64,000 nt of DNA from an uncultured Bacteroidota bacterium (lineage in GTDB: Bacteria; Bacteroidota; Bacteroidia; Bacteroidales; SZUA-534): contig CAMKOM010000003.1 in assembly GCA_946414435.1 (NCBI GenBank), positions 68,086-132,085 of the forward strand, in the 5' to 3' direction. How positions within the stretch are numbered: the first letter of the stretch is position 1; every line of letters starts with the position of its first letter. A program made the translations under genes and the position numbers. Shown one piece after another: positions 34,934 through 43,841 of the stretch. The notes below the pieces were generated by a model that saw only the letters and a program-made list of their open reading frames with translations, searched no databases and had not been told where the DNA came from.

Positions 34934-34972
34934 AAAGGCTCAGACGAATAACCGTCCGAGCCTTTATTTTTT
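34934..34972 (+). terminator. Rho-independent terminator
   Basis: The hairpin is GGCTCAGACG-AATAAC-CGTCCGAGCC, followed by TTTATTTTTT. Confidence 0.75.
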
Positions 34973-35048
34973 AAGCACACCATAAGCAGAAAAGCACAAC
35001 CGATTCAGAAAAACACTATCTTGCAAAGTAATGTCTCACTAAAACTAA

Positions 35049-35336
35049 ATGAACATGACACCTACCGAAATCATCACTCTCATTGTAGTCGGCGCATTGG
35101 CCGGCTGGTTGGGCAGCCTGCTTTTCAAAGGTAAAGGCATGGGGCTCGTGGTTAACTTCATTGTCGGCATTGTCGGCTGCTTTTTCGGCGGCTGGCTGTT
35201 CGATGTTTGCGACCTTAGCCTAAGGCTGTTCAAAGGCGACTGGAAATGGCTGAACAACGTCATCATTGGCGCTATCGGTGCATTTATCATTCTGCTTGTC
35301 ATCAATCTGGTTTTCAAAAAAGGAAAAAAGAAATAA
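35049..35336 (+). CDS. GlsB/YeaQ/YmgE-family stress membrane protein
   Basis: The sequence IVVGALAGWLGSLLFKGKGMGLVVNFIVGIVGCFFGGWLF is typical of the transglycosylase-associated family. Confidence 0.85.
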   Translation: MNMTPTEIITLIVVGALAGWLGSLLFKGKGMGLVVNFIVGIVGCFFGGWLFDVCDLSLRLFKGDWKWLNNVIIGAIGAFIILLVINLVFKKGKKK

Positions 35337-35351
35337 CAGGCAACCGATTCA

Positions 35352-35386
35352 AAAAAAAGGCCGGACAACTCGTTTGGCCTTTTTTA
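35352..35386 (+). terminator. Probable terminator
   Basis: The stem is AAAAAGGCC...GGCCTTTTT, followed by a T run. Confidence 0.55.
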
Positions 35387-35441
35387 ATGGACAATGGACA
35401 GTTGACAATGAATAATTAACAGTATATCAAATCAACACCCA

Positions 35442-36155
35442 ATGCCTAGTACCCAACATCTAACACCAATGTCAATGACCATTACAGACCAACTCTTTAC
35501 CCTTCAAGATACTGCATACGGTGATTTTCAAGCCAAACTGATGCCAACCATCGACCGCGGCACCATCATAGGTGTACGCACACCGGCTCTGCGGACGTTG
35601 GCACGCAAGATTGCCAAAACCGAAGCAGCACAGGAATTTATTAAGCAATTGCCGCACCGATATTTTGAGGAGAACAACCTGCATGCTTTCATCATAGCGC
35701 AAACATCTGATTTTGAAGAAGCTATGCGGCAAACAGAACTATTTCTGCCACATATCGACAATTGGGCAACTTGCGACCAATTCACGCCCGCGGTGTTCAA
35801 AAAGCATCCCGACAAATTGTTGATAGCAGTTAGGCGGTGGATTGAAAGTAGCCACACATATACTGTCCGTTTTGCCATTAAAATACTGATGACATTCTAT
35901 TTAGACAATCTTTTCAGCGATGAATATCCCAAAATGGTGGCTGCAGTAAAATCCGATGAATACTACATTAAAATGATGATTGCGTGGTATTTCGCTACTG
36001 CATTAGCAAAGCAATACAATGCCGTTGTAGGCTACTTGACAAGCCCTCGGCTCGACACTTGGTGCCATAACAAGGCCATCCAAAAAGCTATTGAAAGTTA
36101 CCGTATTACGGACGAGCAAAAGGTGTTTTTGCGATCGTTAAAGGCTAAAATGTAA
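35442..36155 (+). CDS. DNA alkylation repair protein (AlkD-like HEAT repeat family)
   Basis: The sequences QAKLMPTIDRGTIIGVRTPALRTLARKI and NWATCDQF resemble family PF08713. Alternative starts exist at 35469 and 35475. Confidence 0.75.
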   Translation: MPSTQHLTPMSMTITDQLFTLQDTAYGDFQAKLMPTIDRGTIIGVRTPALRTLARKIAKTEAAQEFIKQLPHRYFEENNLHAFIIAQTSDFEEAMRQTELFLPHIDNWATCDQFTPAVFKKHPDKLLIAVRRWIESSHTYTVRFAIKILMTFYLDNLFSDEYPKMVAAVKSDEYYIKMMIAWYFATALAKQYNAVVGYLTSPRLDTWCHNKAIQKAIESYRITDEQKVFLRSLKAKM

Positions 36156-36193
36156 GGGTGTGGCACGTGTAAGAACAAGTATATGCCCAATAT

Positions 36194-37975
36194 CTATTCC
36201 TCGGCAAAATTCAACAACACCTTGCGATACGCAGTGTAAATCTTTGATTTTGAAATATATCCCACATACAACCCATTCTTGATGACAGGCAGGTTCCAAG
36301 CTCCCGATTTCTCGAATTTCTCCATCACAACGTCCATCGTATCGGTAGTTTTCACGGTGTCGGGCGGCATTACCATCAGTTCATAAATATATGTGTTGTC
36401 ATACATCTCGGTGTTGAACATTATCTGGCGGATGTCGTCGAGCAGCACAATTCCCATCAGTTTACCTTCCTCGTCGACAACGGGGAAAATGTTACGGCGC
36501 GAGTGCGAAATGGCATTCACAAGGTCGCGCAGAGTTTGGTCGGGGCCCACTTCGGTCAGGTCGTGCTCAACTTCCTTCTCGAGTCGCATCAGCGTCAGGG
36601 CGGCGCGGTCTTTGTTGTGGGTTATCAGGTCGCCGCTTTGCGCCAGACGCTTGGTGTAGATGCTGTGCGGCTCAAAATAATAGATTGTGACATAAGCACT
36701 TACCGAAGCCACCATCAGCGGGACAAACAGATTGTAGCCACCCGTGATTTCGGCAATCAGGAAGATGCCTGTCAGGGGCGCGTGCATCAGTGCCGACATA
36801 AAGGCCGCCATCCCGACAAGGGCAAAGTTCACTTCACTTACATTAATGAATCCCAAGCAGTTAAGCATCCGAGCCATCATATAGCCAAGTATTCCGCCCA
36901 TAAACAACGATGGCGCAAACACGCCGCCAATACCGCCCGCACCGGTTGTTGCCGATGTGGCTATCACCTTGAAAACCAACATTAAAGCACAATAACCGAC
37001 CACAATCCAGACACCGCCGCCGAATTGGCCAAACATCGAGTGGTCGAGAATATGTTGTCCGTTGCCTGTAAGTATCTCGCGCAGAGCATCGTAACCCTCA
37101 CCGAAGAGTGGTGGGAACAGCCATATTAGTATGCCCAGAATGATGCCGCCAATGGCGATTTTCTTCCACGGGTTCAGAATCTTACTGAACCATTTCTCCA
37201 TTCTCATCGATGTGGCTGTGAAATACCAGCCGATGAGCCCCGCGGCAACGCCCAGAATCAAGTAGAGCGGAATATTGTGCAACTCGAATGTTGGCGGTTG
37301 CGGAAGTGTGCAGAGCGTGGCATCACTACCGAGAAAAAAGTATGACATCAGCGTGGCTGTGACGGCCGAAATGAGCAGTGGTGCGAGTGACGCCATTGTC
37401 ATATCAAGCATCAGGACTTCCAAAGTGAAGACCAAGCCGGCTATCGGGGCCTTGAAAATGCCTGCCACCGCACCAGCCGCGCCGCAGCCAATCATCAGTA
37501 TAACTTGCTTATAATTAAGTTTGAGCAACCGCGCCAGATTGCTGCCAATAGCCGCTCCTGTGAGCACTATCGGAGCCTCTGCTCCCACCGAACCGCCAAA
37601 CCCGATGGTGAGCGAACTGCCCACAATGCCGGTGTAGGTGTTGTGACCTTTGATAATGCCGTTTTTTCTTGATATACAGAATAATACGCGGGTTATTCCG
37701 TGTGAGATGTTATCCTTTACGTGATATTTTATCCAAATGGTCGTCAGCAAAATACCAATAGCGGGAAGCGCCAGATAGATGTAACTTCCAAAGCCCGAAT
37801 TGATGGCCTTGAGCACTAGCGTGTAAGTCAAATGAATGGTGTTTTTCAGAACCACTGCGGCCAGTCCACTCAACAGGCCTACCACAAAACTCAAAACCAG
37901 AATAAACTGATTTTCAGTAAGGTGTATGCCACGCCAAATGTGAAGCCGTCCGATCAGTGGTATCTTGATTTTCAT
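36194..37975 (-). CDS. ClC-family chloride channel with two C-terminal CBS domains
   Basis: The motifs GGSVGAEAPIV, GIFKAPIAG and GGVFAPSLFMG are present, with CBS-like repeats at the C-terminus. Confidence 0.9.
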   Translation of the reverse strand: MKIKIPLIGRLHIWRGIHLTENQFILVLSFVVGLLSGLAAVVLKNTIHLTYTLVLKAINSGFGSYIYLALPAIGILLTTIWIKYHVKDNISHGITRVLFCISRKNGIIKGHNTYTGIVGSSLTIGFGGSVGAEAPIVLTGAAIGSNLARLLKLNYKQVILMIGCGAAGAVAGIFKAPIAGLVFTLEVLMLDMTMASLAPLLISAVTATLMSYFFLGSDATLCTLPQPPTFELHNIPLYLILGVAAGLIGWYFTATSMRMEKWFSKILNPWKKIAIGGIILGILIWLFPPLFGEGYDALREILTGNGQHILDHSMFGQFGGGVWIVVGYCALMLVFKVIATSATTGAGGIGGVFAPSLFMGGILGYMMARMLNCLGFINVSEVNFALVGMAAFMSALMHAPLTGIFLIAEITGGYNLFVPLMVASVSAYVTIYYFEPHSIYTKRLAQSGDLITHNKDRAALTLMRLEKEVEHDLTEVGPDQTLRDLVNAISHSRRNIFPVVDEEGKLMGIVLLDDIRQIMFNTEMYDNTYIYELMVMPPDTVKTTDTMDVVMEKFEKSGAWNLPVIKNGLYVGYISKSKIYTAYRKVLLNFAEE

Positions 37976-38544
37976 TTTCGCTTCTTTTCAACTGTCCATC
38001 CGAATTTACCGATCCGCTCGCCTAACTTGTAATATTGGCCGTGCATATAAGCTATCATATCAGCCGCGCCAAGGTCGAAGGCGCCGGTTTCGGGGTTCAT
38101 ATATTTTTCGTCGGCGTTCACGGCCACCACGTTGGCAATGAACATATCGTGTGAGCCAAGTTCTTTAATCTCAACCACTTTACACTCAATATTGACTGGC
38201 GATTCCTCAATCATCGGGGCGTCAATCTGCGTGGCTTTGACAGGTGTCAGCCCCATTGCCTCAAATTTGTCAACCTCGCGTCCCGATTTCACCCCGCACC
38301 AGTCGGTGGCTTTCGCCAATTTGCTGTTTGTCAAGTTAATGACAAACTCGCCGGTCTCTTTAATAATATTGTATGAGTGGCGGCTCTTGCGAATTGAAAC
38401 GTAGCACATTGCCGGGTCGGAACAGATGGTGCCCGTCCACGACGCGGTGAAAACATTGCGTTCGCCGTCCATTCGGCCGCTGCTCACCAGCACCGCCGGC
38501 AGCGGATAAATCATTGTTCCAGGTCGCCAAGTCTGTTTCGCCAT
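37972..38544 (-). CDS. Flavin reductase-like (FMN-binding split barrel) protein
   Basis: The ATG at 38542-38544 (MAKQTWRPG) follows the -7 box TATATTTG. It overlaps the ClC start by 4 nt. Confidence 0.7.
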   Translation of the reverse strand: MAKQTWRPGTMIYPLPAVLVSSGRMDGERNVFTASWTGTICSDPAMCYVSIRKSRHSYNIIKETGEFVINLTNSKLAKATDWCGVKSGREVDKFEAMGLTPVKATQIDAPMIEESPVNIECKVVEIKELGSHDMFIANVVAVNADEKYMNPETGAFDLGAADMIAYMHGQYYKLGERIGKFGWTVEKKRK

Positions 38545-38783
38545 TTTTGCTTTTTTTGTTAGAGGTTGCAAATATAATTTCTATGGTAAAAGATGAAAGC
38601 GAAAAGTTGGATGAGGTGATTAGCTGAAAAATATAAGATTGAATTCTAATGTGTTGAAAGAAAGATTTTACTAGGCGATTAAACTGATTCATAATGAATT
38701 TTAATTTCATTAATTCTCAATATCTAGTCGAAGACAAAAACAGAATCAAATATTAGTGATTTACCACGTAATGTGCGCAAAAA

Positions 38784-39833
38784 TCATTTCTCCGCTTCTC
38801 CTGAAAAATCTATTGCCGCCGACCTACGCTGCCAACGTTCTTTGGCGAATTTCTGCATATCAATCTGAGTATCAGACTCATCGGTAATTTCCATACCAAG
38901 CAGCGTTTCAACCACATCTTCCATTGTGGCAATGCCTTCCATACCGCCATACTCGTCAATCACAAGGGCAATCTGCTGCTTGCGGGTTATCAGAATGTTG
39001 TAGAAATTGTAAATCGACGTGTTCTCGTAGCAGTTGATAATCGGTCGGCGCAAGTTCTTGAGTTTCACGTTCTTTTTTCCATCGGCAAGATATAGCAGAA
39101 TGTCCGACTTGAGTACAAAGCCTGTGATGTCGTCGATTGAATCTTTGTAGACTGGGATTCGCGAGTAGCGCAGATTCTCTTTATTGCTGAAAAAACGCTC
39201 GAGAGTGGTGTTCTCGTTGGCGGCCACAACCACCGTTCGTGGCGTCATCACGCTCTTCACTTTCAGCGATTTAAGTTTCACAAGGTTGTTGATAATCTTG
39301 CCTTCGCTCGACTCGAAAACACCTTCGCGCTCACCAATGTTGGCCAAAGCCGCAATCTCTTCGCGGCTCACCGTCTGTCCGCGGCGGCGCGCGAAAAGTT
39401 TGGTCAGCGACTCCGACACAATCACTATCGGATAGATGATATATATCAGTCCCTGAATAACATACGCTATCGGGACGCAAAGTTCGCGCCAATAGTTTGA
39501 GCCGATTGACTTTGGGATTATCTCTGAAAAGACCAAAATCAGCACCGTGAGCACGCCCGAAGCGATGCCGAAAAACTCGCTTCCAAACACCGCAACCGCT
39601 TGTGCACCAACGCCTGCAGCGCCAATGGTGTTGGCAATGGTGTTGAGCGACAATATGGCCGCCAACGGACGGTCAGTGTTGCGCTTGAGTCGCACCAAAA
39701 TGCGTCCGCCCCTGCCCTTGTGCGCCACTGATTCGGCATAAGAAATTGATGTTGAGAGTATTACCGATTCCGATACTGAACACAGAAACGATACCAACAG
39801 CGCAGTTGAAAGATAAACTATAAGCAGAAACAT
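38784..39833 (-). CDS. CNNM/DUF21 + CBS-pair membrane protein (hemolysin-family annotation class)
   Basis: It has an N-terminal multi-TM DUF21-like region followed by a CBS pair (VMTPRTVVVAANEN...). Confidence 0.8.
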   Translation of the reverse strand: MFLLIVYLSTALLVSFLCSVSESVILSTSISYAESVAHKGRGGRILVRLKRNTDRPLAAILSLNTIANTIGAAGVGAQAVAVFGSEFFGIASGVLTVLILVFSEIIPKSIGSNYWRELCVPIAYVIQGLIYIIYPIVIVSESLTKLFARRRGQTVSREEIAALANIGEREGVFESSEGKIINNLVKLKSLKVKSVMTPRTVVVAANENTTLERFFSNKENLRYSRIPVYKDSIDDITGFVLKSDILLYLADGKKNVKLKNLRRPIINCYENTSIYNFYNILITRKQQIALVIDEYGGMEGIATMEDVVETLLGMEITDESDTQIDMQKFAKERWQRRSAAIDFSGEAEK

Positions 39834-39857
39834 CTGAATATCAACAAGAAAACTTTC

Positions 39858-40253
39858 CTATGCCTGAGCCGTCAGTTTTTTAAATTCGAACGGCACTTTC
39901 ACAATCTGCTGATAATCACTGCCCAAATCGAGCATGTCTTCATCGGAATAGTACCATACAATTGTAACATCGGCACCTTTTTCAAATAAAAGTTCAAACT
40001 GTTGCATAATTTGAAGCAGATATTTCGATGTACTGGTGTTAAAATATTCAAGCTCCATGTGAAACTCTGTTTTTTCAGCAGGATTCTTAATGTACTGTTC
40101 AATCCACTTTGTTATAGGCTCATAAAAACGGATGGAATTTTCAAGAATTGAACGCCCCAATAGCCTAAACTGGCCTGTTGCGGCATTAAATATAACTGTA
40201 GGGCGGCTTGTGTTGCCCTCTATCTGAAAAACGGTTGCTGTTATTGTATCCAT
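39858..40253 (-). CDS. DUF1987 (SiaC-like) protein
   Basis: The sequences FQIEGNTSRPTVIFNAATGQFRLLGRSILEN...FYEPITKWIEQY and LEYFNTSTSKYLL are typical of DUF1987, from memory. Confidence 0.7.
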   Translation of the reverse strand: MDTITATVFQIEGNTSRPTVIFNAATGQFRLLGRSILENSIRFYEPITKWIEQYIKNPAEKTEFHMELEYFNTSTSKYLLQIMQQFELLFEKGADVTIVWYYSDEDMLDLGSDYQQIVKVPFEFKKLTAQA

Positions 40254-40450
40254 TCTATAATTATTTCGACAAAAATACTAAATATTGCAACATTTCAAAC
40301 GTTTGCATAAATTGATTACGGAAAAAAATCTGTTTTGTTTCAAACAATTCGCCATTGCACACAAACATTTCAAAAAAAAATTTCGCAACATACATTTATC
40401 ACTCAAGATGTCTATATTTGGCTACGATTTTTCGTGATAAACACAAAACA

Positions 40451-41095
40451 ATGAAACACAATTTTTTATTTGTTGCAATGGCCGCTTTCGCATTTGCTGC
40501 GTGCGGTGGCAACGAGCAGATTAAGGTGGCTTGCGTGGGCGACAGCATCACCGAAGGCCACGGCATCAAAATCCAAAGCCGCGACGACTATCCCGTGGTG
40601 CTGAACCGCATTTTGGGCGACGGCTACAGCGTGCAGAACTGCGGAAAAAGCGGCACTACGGTGCAAAAAGATGCCGATTATCCGTACTGGATTTGCAAGG
40701 AATTCTCGAACGCCGTGGCGCTCAACGCCGACATTGTGGTCATCAAACTTGGCACCAACGACACCAAGCCGCAGAACTGGAATGCCGAGCGTTTCAAAAC
40801 TGACTATCAGTCGCTTATCGACACTTTGAAAACGAACGGACGCAATCCGCAGATTTTTGTCTGCACACCCGCGCCCGCGTTCAGCCACGGCTGGGGCATC
40901 AACGACTCGGTGATTGTGGCGGGCGTGATTCCGGCTGTGACCGAAATCGCGAAAGCAAACAATCTGACAATCATTGATTTGCACAAGGCTTTCGCCGACA
41001 AGCAGGATTACTTCAAGGTTGACGGCATCCATCCCGACGAAGCCGGTGCGGCGTTTATGGCCGAAGTAATCGCAAAAGCAATAAAAAAAGACTAA
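40451..41095 (+). CDS. SGNH/GDSL hydrolase lipoprotein
   Basis: The ATG at 40451 gives MKHNFLFVAMAAFAFAACGG. Block I is VACVGDSITEG and block V is DGIHPDEAG. Confidence 0.85.
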   Translation: MKHNFLFVAMAAFAFAACGGNEQIKVACVGDSITEGHGIKIQSRDDYPVVLNRILGDGYSVQNCGKSGTTVQKDADYPYWICKEFSNAVALNADIVVIKLGTNDTKPQNWNAERFKTDYQSLIDTLKTNGRNPQIFVCTPAPAFSHGWGINDSVIVAGVIPAVTEIAKANNLTIIDLHKAFADKQDYFKVDGIHPDEAGAAFMAEVIAKAIKKD

Positions 41096-41115
41096 CAACT
41101 TAATACAATAAAGTA

Positions 41116-42072
41116 ATGAAAACCACTATTTTATCAGCAATGGCAGCCATCTGCCTGACAGCCGCTACACAAACGGCAAACGCGCAGTTCCCCGGGCAAC
41201 CCGCACCGAAGGAACCCCAAAAAATCATCGACCTTTGGAATGGCAAGATTCCGGGCGCAAAAAACGTTGACGCAAGCAAACTCGACGAAGTAAGTACCAA
41301 ATCTTTCTTTGCGAGAGATATTAAGGTGCCGTCGATAGCCTACTATCCTGCCGACGAGAACCCGACAGGCACGGCTGTTGTTGTCTGCCCCGGCGGCAGC
41401 TATGCAGGTCTGTCGTACGCTTTTGAAGGCGTCAACCAAGCAGCCTGGCTCAACTCTATCGGCATCTCGGCTTTTGTTTTGCGCTATCGCATGCCAAAAG
41501 ATGAGTTTATGGAAAAACGCTGCGACGGCCCGCTGCAGGACGCTCAGCAGGCTATTCGCTACGTGCGCAGCCACGCCGCTGAGTACGGTATCAACCCTGA
41601 CCACATCGGCATTGTGGGCTTCTCGGCTGGCGGACATCTGGCTTCGGTGGCATCGACTCACTTCAACGACGAAGTGTACAAACCGGCTGAAAATGTGAGC
41701 GCAAGACCCGATTTCGCAGTACTCGTCTACCCTGTCATCACCATGGAACCGAGCTACAGCGAAAAAGGCACGCGCGAGTCTCTTATCGGCCCCGACGCTG
41801 ACCAAGCTTTAATCGATCGTTTCTCGAGCGAGAAACAAGTTACCAATGAAACTCCGACGACGTTCCTGGCTCACGCTATGAACGACAAACTGGTGCCTTA
41901 CACAAACAGCGTCAATTACGCCAACGCTTTGCGCGAAAAGGGCGTTGAGTGCGAGCTGCACCTTTATGCCCGCGGCGATCATGGTCTTGGCGCAAGAAAC
42001 CCGATTGAAACTCAAGCCTTCTGGCACGACGCATGCGAGAAATGGCTGCGTATGAACGGATGGACGAAATAA
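41116..42072 (+). CDS. Alpha/beta hydrolase (esterase)
   Basis: A signal peptide is present. The nucleophile elbow is GFSAGGHLA, and VVCPGGSY plus a C-terminal His region (RGDHG) are present. Confidence 0.8.
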   Translation: MKTTILSAMAAICLTAATQTANAQFPGQPAPKEPQKIIDLWNGKIPGAKNVDASKLDEVSTKSFFARDIKVPSIAYYPADENPTGTAVVVCPGGSYAGLSYAFEGVNQAAWLNSIGISAFVLRYRMPKDEFMEKRCDGPLQDAQQAIRYVRSHAAEYGINPDHIGIVGFSAGGHLASVASTHFNDEVYKPAENVSARPDFAVLVYPVITMEPSYSEKGTRESLIGPDADQALIDRFSSEKQVTNETPTTFLAHAMNDKLVPYTNSVNYANALREKGVECELHLYARGDHGLGARNPIETQAFWHDACEKWLRMNGWTK

Positions 42073-42167
42073 GGTAGAAGTTAGGAGTTAGGAGTTAGGA
42101 TTTAGAAGTTAGAAGTTAGGATTTTGAAAATTGAAAAACTCTGTAGGGACGTGGCGTGCCGCGTCCG
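42073..42167. repeat. Periodic GTTAGRA word block followed by an H1 hairpin repeat
   Basis: The block reads GGTAGAAGTTAGGAGTTAGGAGTTAGGATTTAGAAGTTAGAAGTTAGGATTTTGAAAATTGAAAAAC. It is followed by GTAGGGACGTGGCGTGCCGCGTCCG (42143-42167). Confidence 0.8.
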
Positions 42168-42194
42168 TTGTTAGGATTTAGAATTATACAGAAA

Positions 42195-42228
42195 AGGTCG
42201 GAAGATTATTGATTTTCCGGCCTTTTTT
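42195..42228 (+). terminator. Hairpin terminator between convergent genes
   Basis: The stem is GGTCGGAA...TTCCGGCC (one mismatch), flanked by an A run and a T run. Confidence 0.55.
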
Positions 42229-42237
42229 GTGGTGTTT

Positions 42238-42723
42238 TCAATATGCAGTTTCAGCATGCATTAACCTATCAATCAACCCATTGCAAGCGTCATCGAGTAA
42301 ATCGAGCACAAGTTCAAAATCGCTGTCGCCGCCATAGTACGGGTCGGGCACGGAATTGACTTTATGCGTTTTGCAATAATCGCTCATCTTACTGATTTTC
42401 TGGCATGATTGTTCATCTGGTGCAATGTCGAGCAGACGGCGGATGTTGTCGTCATCCATACCTATAATATAATCGAAGTGGCTGAAATCGGCGGTGGTAA
42501 TCTTCCGAGCGATGCTGGTGATGTCGATTCCGCGTTTGGCGGCGTGATGGCGCATCCGCGGGTCGGCCTTCTCGCCTGAATGATAACTGATTAGCCCCGC
42601 CGAATCAATCTCAAAATCGGATTCCATACCGCGTTGAGCAACAACTTGTTTCATCACGGCTTCGGCGCAGGCTGAGCGGCAGATGTTGCCCAAGCAGACA
42701 AAAAGAATTTTCGTTTTACCCAT
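42238..42723 (-). CDS. Low-molecular-weight protein-tyrosine phosphatase
   Basis: The ATG at 42721-42723 gives MGKTKILFVCLGNICRS (CX5R P-loop). The Asp loop is DPYYG. Confidence 0.9.
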   Translation of the reverse strand: MGKTKILFVCLGNICRSACAEAVMKQVVAQRGMESDFEIDSAGLISYHSGEKADPRMRHHAAKRGIDITSIARKITTADFSHFDYIIGMDDDNIRRLLDIAPDEQSCQKISKMSDYCKTHKVNSVPDPYYGGDSDFELVLDLLDDACNGLIDRLMHAETAY

Positions 42724-42809
42724 CGATGTCAGATTTTGCGGCAAATTTCAATAAAATCGGCATAACCTTGCTGTAATTCGAAGCAAAAAATTACTTTTGC
42801 GCCGCGTTT

Positions 42810-42882
<73 letters not shown>

Positions 42883-42891
42883 CAGGCAAAG

Positions 42892-42928
42892 GCTGAACCT
42901 GATTGGGTTCAGTCTTTTGTTTTTTTTG
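42892..42928 (+). terminator. Rho-independent terminator after the tRNA
   Basis: The hairpin is CTGAACC-TGATTG-GGTTCAG, followed by TCTTTTGTTTTTTTT. Confidence 0.8.
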
Positions 42929-42992
42929 CGCGTTCGGTTTGCTTGAGAGCCGATTGTTTTGTATTTTTCCACCATAAAAATTCGAAGAAAAA

Positions 42993-43754
42993 ATGGGAAA
43001 ATTGGTATTGATACGTCATGGCGAGTCGGTGTGGAACGGCCGCAGTTTGTTCACAGGTTGGGTTGATGTGCCGCTCACGCAGGCTGGAATTGTTGAAGCT
43101 TCTCGAGCAAGCCACAAAATTGCCAATATTGATTTCGATGTCGTTTATGCATCGGCACTCATCCGCTCACTACAGACAGCATTCATTGTTTTGCTCAGCG
43201 ACTCACGCCGCCGCACCCCCTATCTGGTTCACTCTTCCGATTTTTTCCATCGAAAATGGTATCATACGTTCAGCCACACTGAGCAGAAAAATATGATTCC
43301 CGTGTACCGCTGCTGGCAGTTGAACGAGCGTTTTTACGGTGAATTACAAGGTCTTAGCAAATCAAAGATTGCCGATATTTTTGGTGTCGACAAAGTGGTG
43401 AGCTGGCGTCGCGGTTACACTGAGCGTCCGCCAAAGGGCGAGAGTCTTCAGGACACATCACGCAGAGTTATCCCATTCTTTAACAAAGAGATAGTCAAGC
43501 AATTGGAAGCCGGCAAAAACGTTCTTGTATCGGCGCATTCAAACACTCTGCGCTCAATTGTGATGAATATTGAACAAATGGATGAAGCGCAAGTGGTTGG
43601 TTTGGAAGTGGATACAGCAAATTTGATAATTTACGACTATAGTGGTGGCGAATACATTCGCGAAACTTTGCCCGAAATGCCAATAGAAATGCCGAACGGT
43701 CCAAGAGATGGAATGTCTGGCAAACCAAACGATGAAATGCCCGAGCAGAATTAA
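42993..43754 (+). CDS. gpmA: Histidine-phosphatase superfamily protein, GpmA-like phosphoglycerate mutase
   Basis: The motifs LVLIRHGESVWNGRSLFTGWVDVPLT, WQLNERFYGELQG and VSAHSNTLRS are present. It also has an internal insertion and a Pro/Met/Glu-rich tail that I do not recall in canonical GpmA. Confidence 0.7.
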   Translation: MGKLVLIRHGESVWNGRSLFTGWVDVPLTQAGIVEASRASHKIANIDFDVVYASALIRSLQTAFIVLLSDSRRRTPYLVHSSDFFHRKWYHTFSHTEQKNMIPVYRCWQLNERFYGELQGLSKSKIADIFGVDKVVSWRRGYTERPPKGESLQDTSRRVIPFFNKEIVKQLEAGKNVLVSAHSNTLRSIVMNIEQMDEAQVVGLEVDTANLIIYDYSGGEYIRETLPEMPIEMPNGPRDGMSGKPNDEMPEQN

Positions 43755-43805
43755 AATACAAGAAATCAAAGGCTAAAAAAAACAAATAGACATTCATTCT
43801 CGCAT

Positions 43806-43836
43806 TCAGTTAATCAATCCATCAGTTAATCAATCC
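43806..43836 (+). repeat. Tandem 15-mer TCAGTTAATCAATCC x2 (16-nt period) ending 5 nt before the asnB-like ATG
   Basis: Exact copies lie at 43806-43820 and 43822-43836. Confidence 0.85.
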
Positions 43837-43841
43837 TTGTA

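Noticed and set aside
38572-38783. A fluoride (crcB-motif) riboswitch upstream of the flavin-reductase/ClC operon.
   Set aside because: The region is AT-rich and has no GGCGATG...CTAACCGCC...TGATGA-type strings. A -7 box sits about 25 nt from the ATG. The ClC protein also carries CBS domains, which is typical of ordinary ClC channels rather than the fluoride-exporter clade.
42073-42140. Periodic repeats here, and at 18607-18714, 25442-25543 and 55840-55915, considered as CRISPR arrays.
   Set aside because: The repeat units are only 6-8 nt, contiguous and degenerate. There are no 25-40-nt unique spacers, no 24-48-nt conserved repeat and no cas genes in the window.
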